Assembly (NCBI GenBank): GCA_965223335.1
Contig: OZ244991.1
Span: forward strand, 160,001-224,000
From: Thermodesulfobacteriota bacterium
GTDB lineage: Bacteria > Desulfobacterota_D > UBA1144 > Nemesobacterales > UBA2774
Direction: 5' to 3'
DNA: 64,000 nucleotides
Numbering within the stretch: the stretch's first letter is position 1; every line of letters starts with the position of its first letter. Shown here in pieces: positions 61,905 through 64,000 of this stretch. Under the pieces are notes generated by a model that was given only the letters and a program-made list of their open reading frames with translations, did not search any database and was not told the DNA's origin. The translations under genes were made by a program, and so were the position numbers.

Positions 61905-62483
61905 ATGAGAATACTAAAACTTGCACCGGTTGTGTGCCTACTTTTTCTATATGGTTGTATTCTAAGCCCCACGGTTAGTGAGCTGCATGAAAACCAGGTT
62001 AGGATCGAAGCCAAACTGGAGGCATTGGATAAAAAATTGGAGGAGTATAATGATGCCATGTCAGCCGATATGGATGAAATAAAAGCCGAGCAGGAAAAAT
62101 TATCCTCGGAAATGGAAATGCTCGAGAAAAACTACAGTCACCTCAGAAAAAAAGTATCAAAGAGAAATGCGATAAATCCTAAGACTAACGGTTCCGACTT
62201 AACTCAAAACGGGGGAAATGAGACCGGAAACGATTTGTACGCAAAAGCAAAACAGTCATTTAACCAGGGAAAATATGAAGACGCAATTTTGAATTACCAG
62301 AAGTTCATCGATCAAAACCCGGGCGATAAACGTGTTGCCGATTCTTACTTAGTACAGGCAGAGTCGCTTATTAGGCTAGACAGAAAAAAAGAGGCCACAT
62401 TTTTTCTTAACACACTCATAGATAAACACCCAAACTCAAACGCTGCCACAATCGCAAAGAAAAAACTAGAAGCGATGAAATGA
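61905..62483 (+). CDS. CpoB/YbgF-like lipoprotein (coiled coil + TPR)
   Basis: Lipobox LYGC, coiled coil, LYAKA..F.QGKY..AI..Y..F...P TPR. Confidence 0.75.
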   Translation: MRILKLAPVVCLLFLYGCILSPTVSELHENQVRIEAKLEALDKKLEEYNDAMSADMDEIKAEQEKLSSEMEMLEKNYSHLRKKVSKRNAINPKTNGSDLTQNGGNETGNDLYAKAKQSFNQGKYEDAILNYQKFIDQNPGDKRVADSYLVQAESLIRLDRKKEATFFLNTLIDKHPNSNAATIAKKKLEAMK

Positions 62484-62493
62484 ACTCATAATC

Positions 62494-64000
62494 CTATACG
62501 TTTACAGGCGGGCGTGAATTGTTTATGGCCACTCGGCTGCCCCACTCCAATAGCTCTTTGCTGCAGTCGTCTCGATCGATCATTACCTCGATCAAACATG
62601 CCCCGTCATGTGACAACGCATGATCAATGGCACTTGCAAGCTCTCCCTCGGTCGCCACCCTGGCGGACCAACCCCTACCCTCTGTGCCGTTAAAAACCTC
62701 GACCAACTTTGCATAGTCCCAGTCCTGGATATTGTTGTAGGGACCGTCGTGGATCTCGACCTCTATCGTATAGCCCCCGTTATTGATGAGAAATATGATC
62801 GGCTTTAACCCGTATCGTATTATCGAAGACAGAGCCTGTGCAGTTAGCTGAAAAGAACCGTCCCCGATTAATCCTACGACCCTTCGGTCTGATGCACCCA
62901 GACTCGAGCCCAGCACCGCTCCTACCGACCAACCAATAGAGCCGTACTGCATCTGGATCTCGAACTTAGCCCCGGGGGGCAGTGTTAATTTCATACCGTT
63001 AAACCAGGAATCGCCGGTTTCGGCAATAACGGTGGTTTCGGGATCGATTATGTGCTGAATCTGACCAAACAACCTCTTTGTTGTGACTGGAGCATCGGGA
63101 ACTATAGGCTGCTCGGGGGCAAACTCCTCTTTTATACGCTCGTATGCAGTTAGAGAAGCGTTATTAGGCTTAACTCTGTCGGCGAGTCCCTCTAAAAAAT
63201 CAGAGAGCAGTACATCGTTAAACGTTGTGCCCTGAATCTGTATTCTATGGGGTTCGGCTGTGATCAACTTGCCGGGATTAACCAACGAGGAGTACCCGCA
63301 AGTCGTATAATCAGTGAAAATAGGGCCGGCAAAGAGATATACATCTGAGGACTCAACTATCTCGCTTGTACCCGGGCTGCTCACAGGGCCCCAGTATGTA
63401 CCTATATAGCTTGGGTGGTTTTCCGGCACAAACCCCTTGGCATTGGGCATAGCAGCCACTGCATAGCCCGACGCATCCACAAGTTTATTAAAGGCATCCA
63501 CCGCACCCCATGATCGCAACCTTGCACCCGACACCAACACAGGTTTAACCGCAGTGTTCAACACCTCTGCTGCCTGTTCGAGTGCTTCTTCCAGCGCTTC
63601 GGGATTGCTTGCGTGTGTAGCAACGAAAGAATGGTCCTTGGGCAGTGCGATACTCATCCCCGCAATATTGCAGGCGACCTCGATATACACGGGCTTGCTC
63701 TTTTCAAGACATGTTTTGATTGCACTGTCTATCTGTGTCGGTGCATCGGCAAGGTGTTTAATAACAACCGATCCTGCGGTAACCTGCCGGAATATATCTC
63801 TGGAGTACCCATAATGCACCTCGCCCAAGCTGTGGTGAAGCACCTGGTTCTCTGCTTCGGAGTTGGTGTTGGGCCCGCCCGAAACCACTATCATAGGCAG
63901 GTCCTCGGCATAAGCACCCGCGACCGCATTAAGCACACTCAAACTCCCCACAGAGAACGTGACCACGACCGCCGAGACACCATTTGCACGCGCATAGCCA
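62494..64000 (-). CDS. pdc: Pyruvate decarboxylase / 2-keto-acid decarboxylase (5' end outside the window)
   Basis: Frame stays open to the window end (GYARANGVSAVVVTFSVG). AETGDSWFN, QMQYGSIGWSV, GDGSFQ...NNGGYTIEVEIHDGPYN, DDCSKELLEWGSRV. Confidence 0.85.
   Translation of the reverse strand, partial: GYARANGVSAVVVTFSVGSLSVLNAVAGAYAEDLPMIVVSGGPNTNSEAENQVLHHSLGEVHYGYSRDIFRQVTAGSVVIKHLADAPTQIDSAIKTCLEKSKPVYIEVACNIAGMSIALPKDHSFVATHASNPEALEEALEQAAEVLNTAVKPVLVSGARLRSWGAVDAFNKLVDASGYAVAAMPNAKGFVPENHPSYIGTYWGPVSSPGTSEIVESSDVYLFAGPIFTDYTTCGYSSLVNPGKLITAEPHRIQIQGTTFNDVLLSDFLEGLADRVKPNNASLTAYERIKEEFAPEQPIVPDAPVTTKRLFGQIQHIIDPETTVIAETGDSWFNGMKLTLPPGAKFEIQMQYGSIGWSVGAVLGSSLGASDRRVVGLIGDGSFQLTAQALSSIIRYGLKPIIFLINNGGYTIEVEIHDGPYNNIQDWDYAKLVEVFNGTEGRGWSARVATEGELASAIDHALSHDGACLIEVMIDRDDCSKELLEWGSRVAINNSRPPVNV

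Overview
A compact, gene-dense bacterial chromosome segment made up mostly of housekeeping genes. I found no CRISPR array, transposase, integrase, phage gene or rRNA. Gene orders such as tRNA-Leu-tig, ilvB-ilvN-ilvC-psd-pssA, pgpA-cinA-recA-pilT and nnr-tsaE-lysC-cimA resemble deltaproteobacteria-like lineages (Desulfobacterota and relatives); this is an inference, not a database result. The window has 2 tRNAs and about 60 CDS covering branched-chain amino acid and phospholipid synthesis, DNA repair, t6A modification, a TetR-controlled RND efflux system with a clear operator, and two signalling systems. The best candidates for undescribed biology are: (1) a tandem pair of small paralogous proteins with eight conserved Cys/His ligands, divergent from an orphan radical SAM enzyme; (2) a GNAT/acyl-amide synthase fused to a class V PLP enzyme, divergent from a sigma54-promoter-driven cytoplasmic hybrid kinase; (3) a plant/Zymomonas-type pyruvate decarboxylase near cstA and a sigma54 two-component system; (4) a large divergent SagB/nitroreductase-fold protein with basic tails; (5) a coiled-coil protein split by a winged-helix-like insertion; and (6) recurrent promoter geometry suggesting leaderless mRNAs. 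All family calls come from motif recognition by eye; no searches were run.
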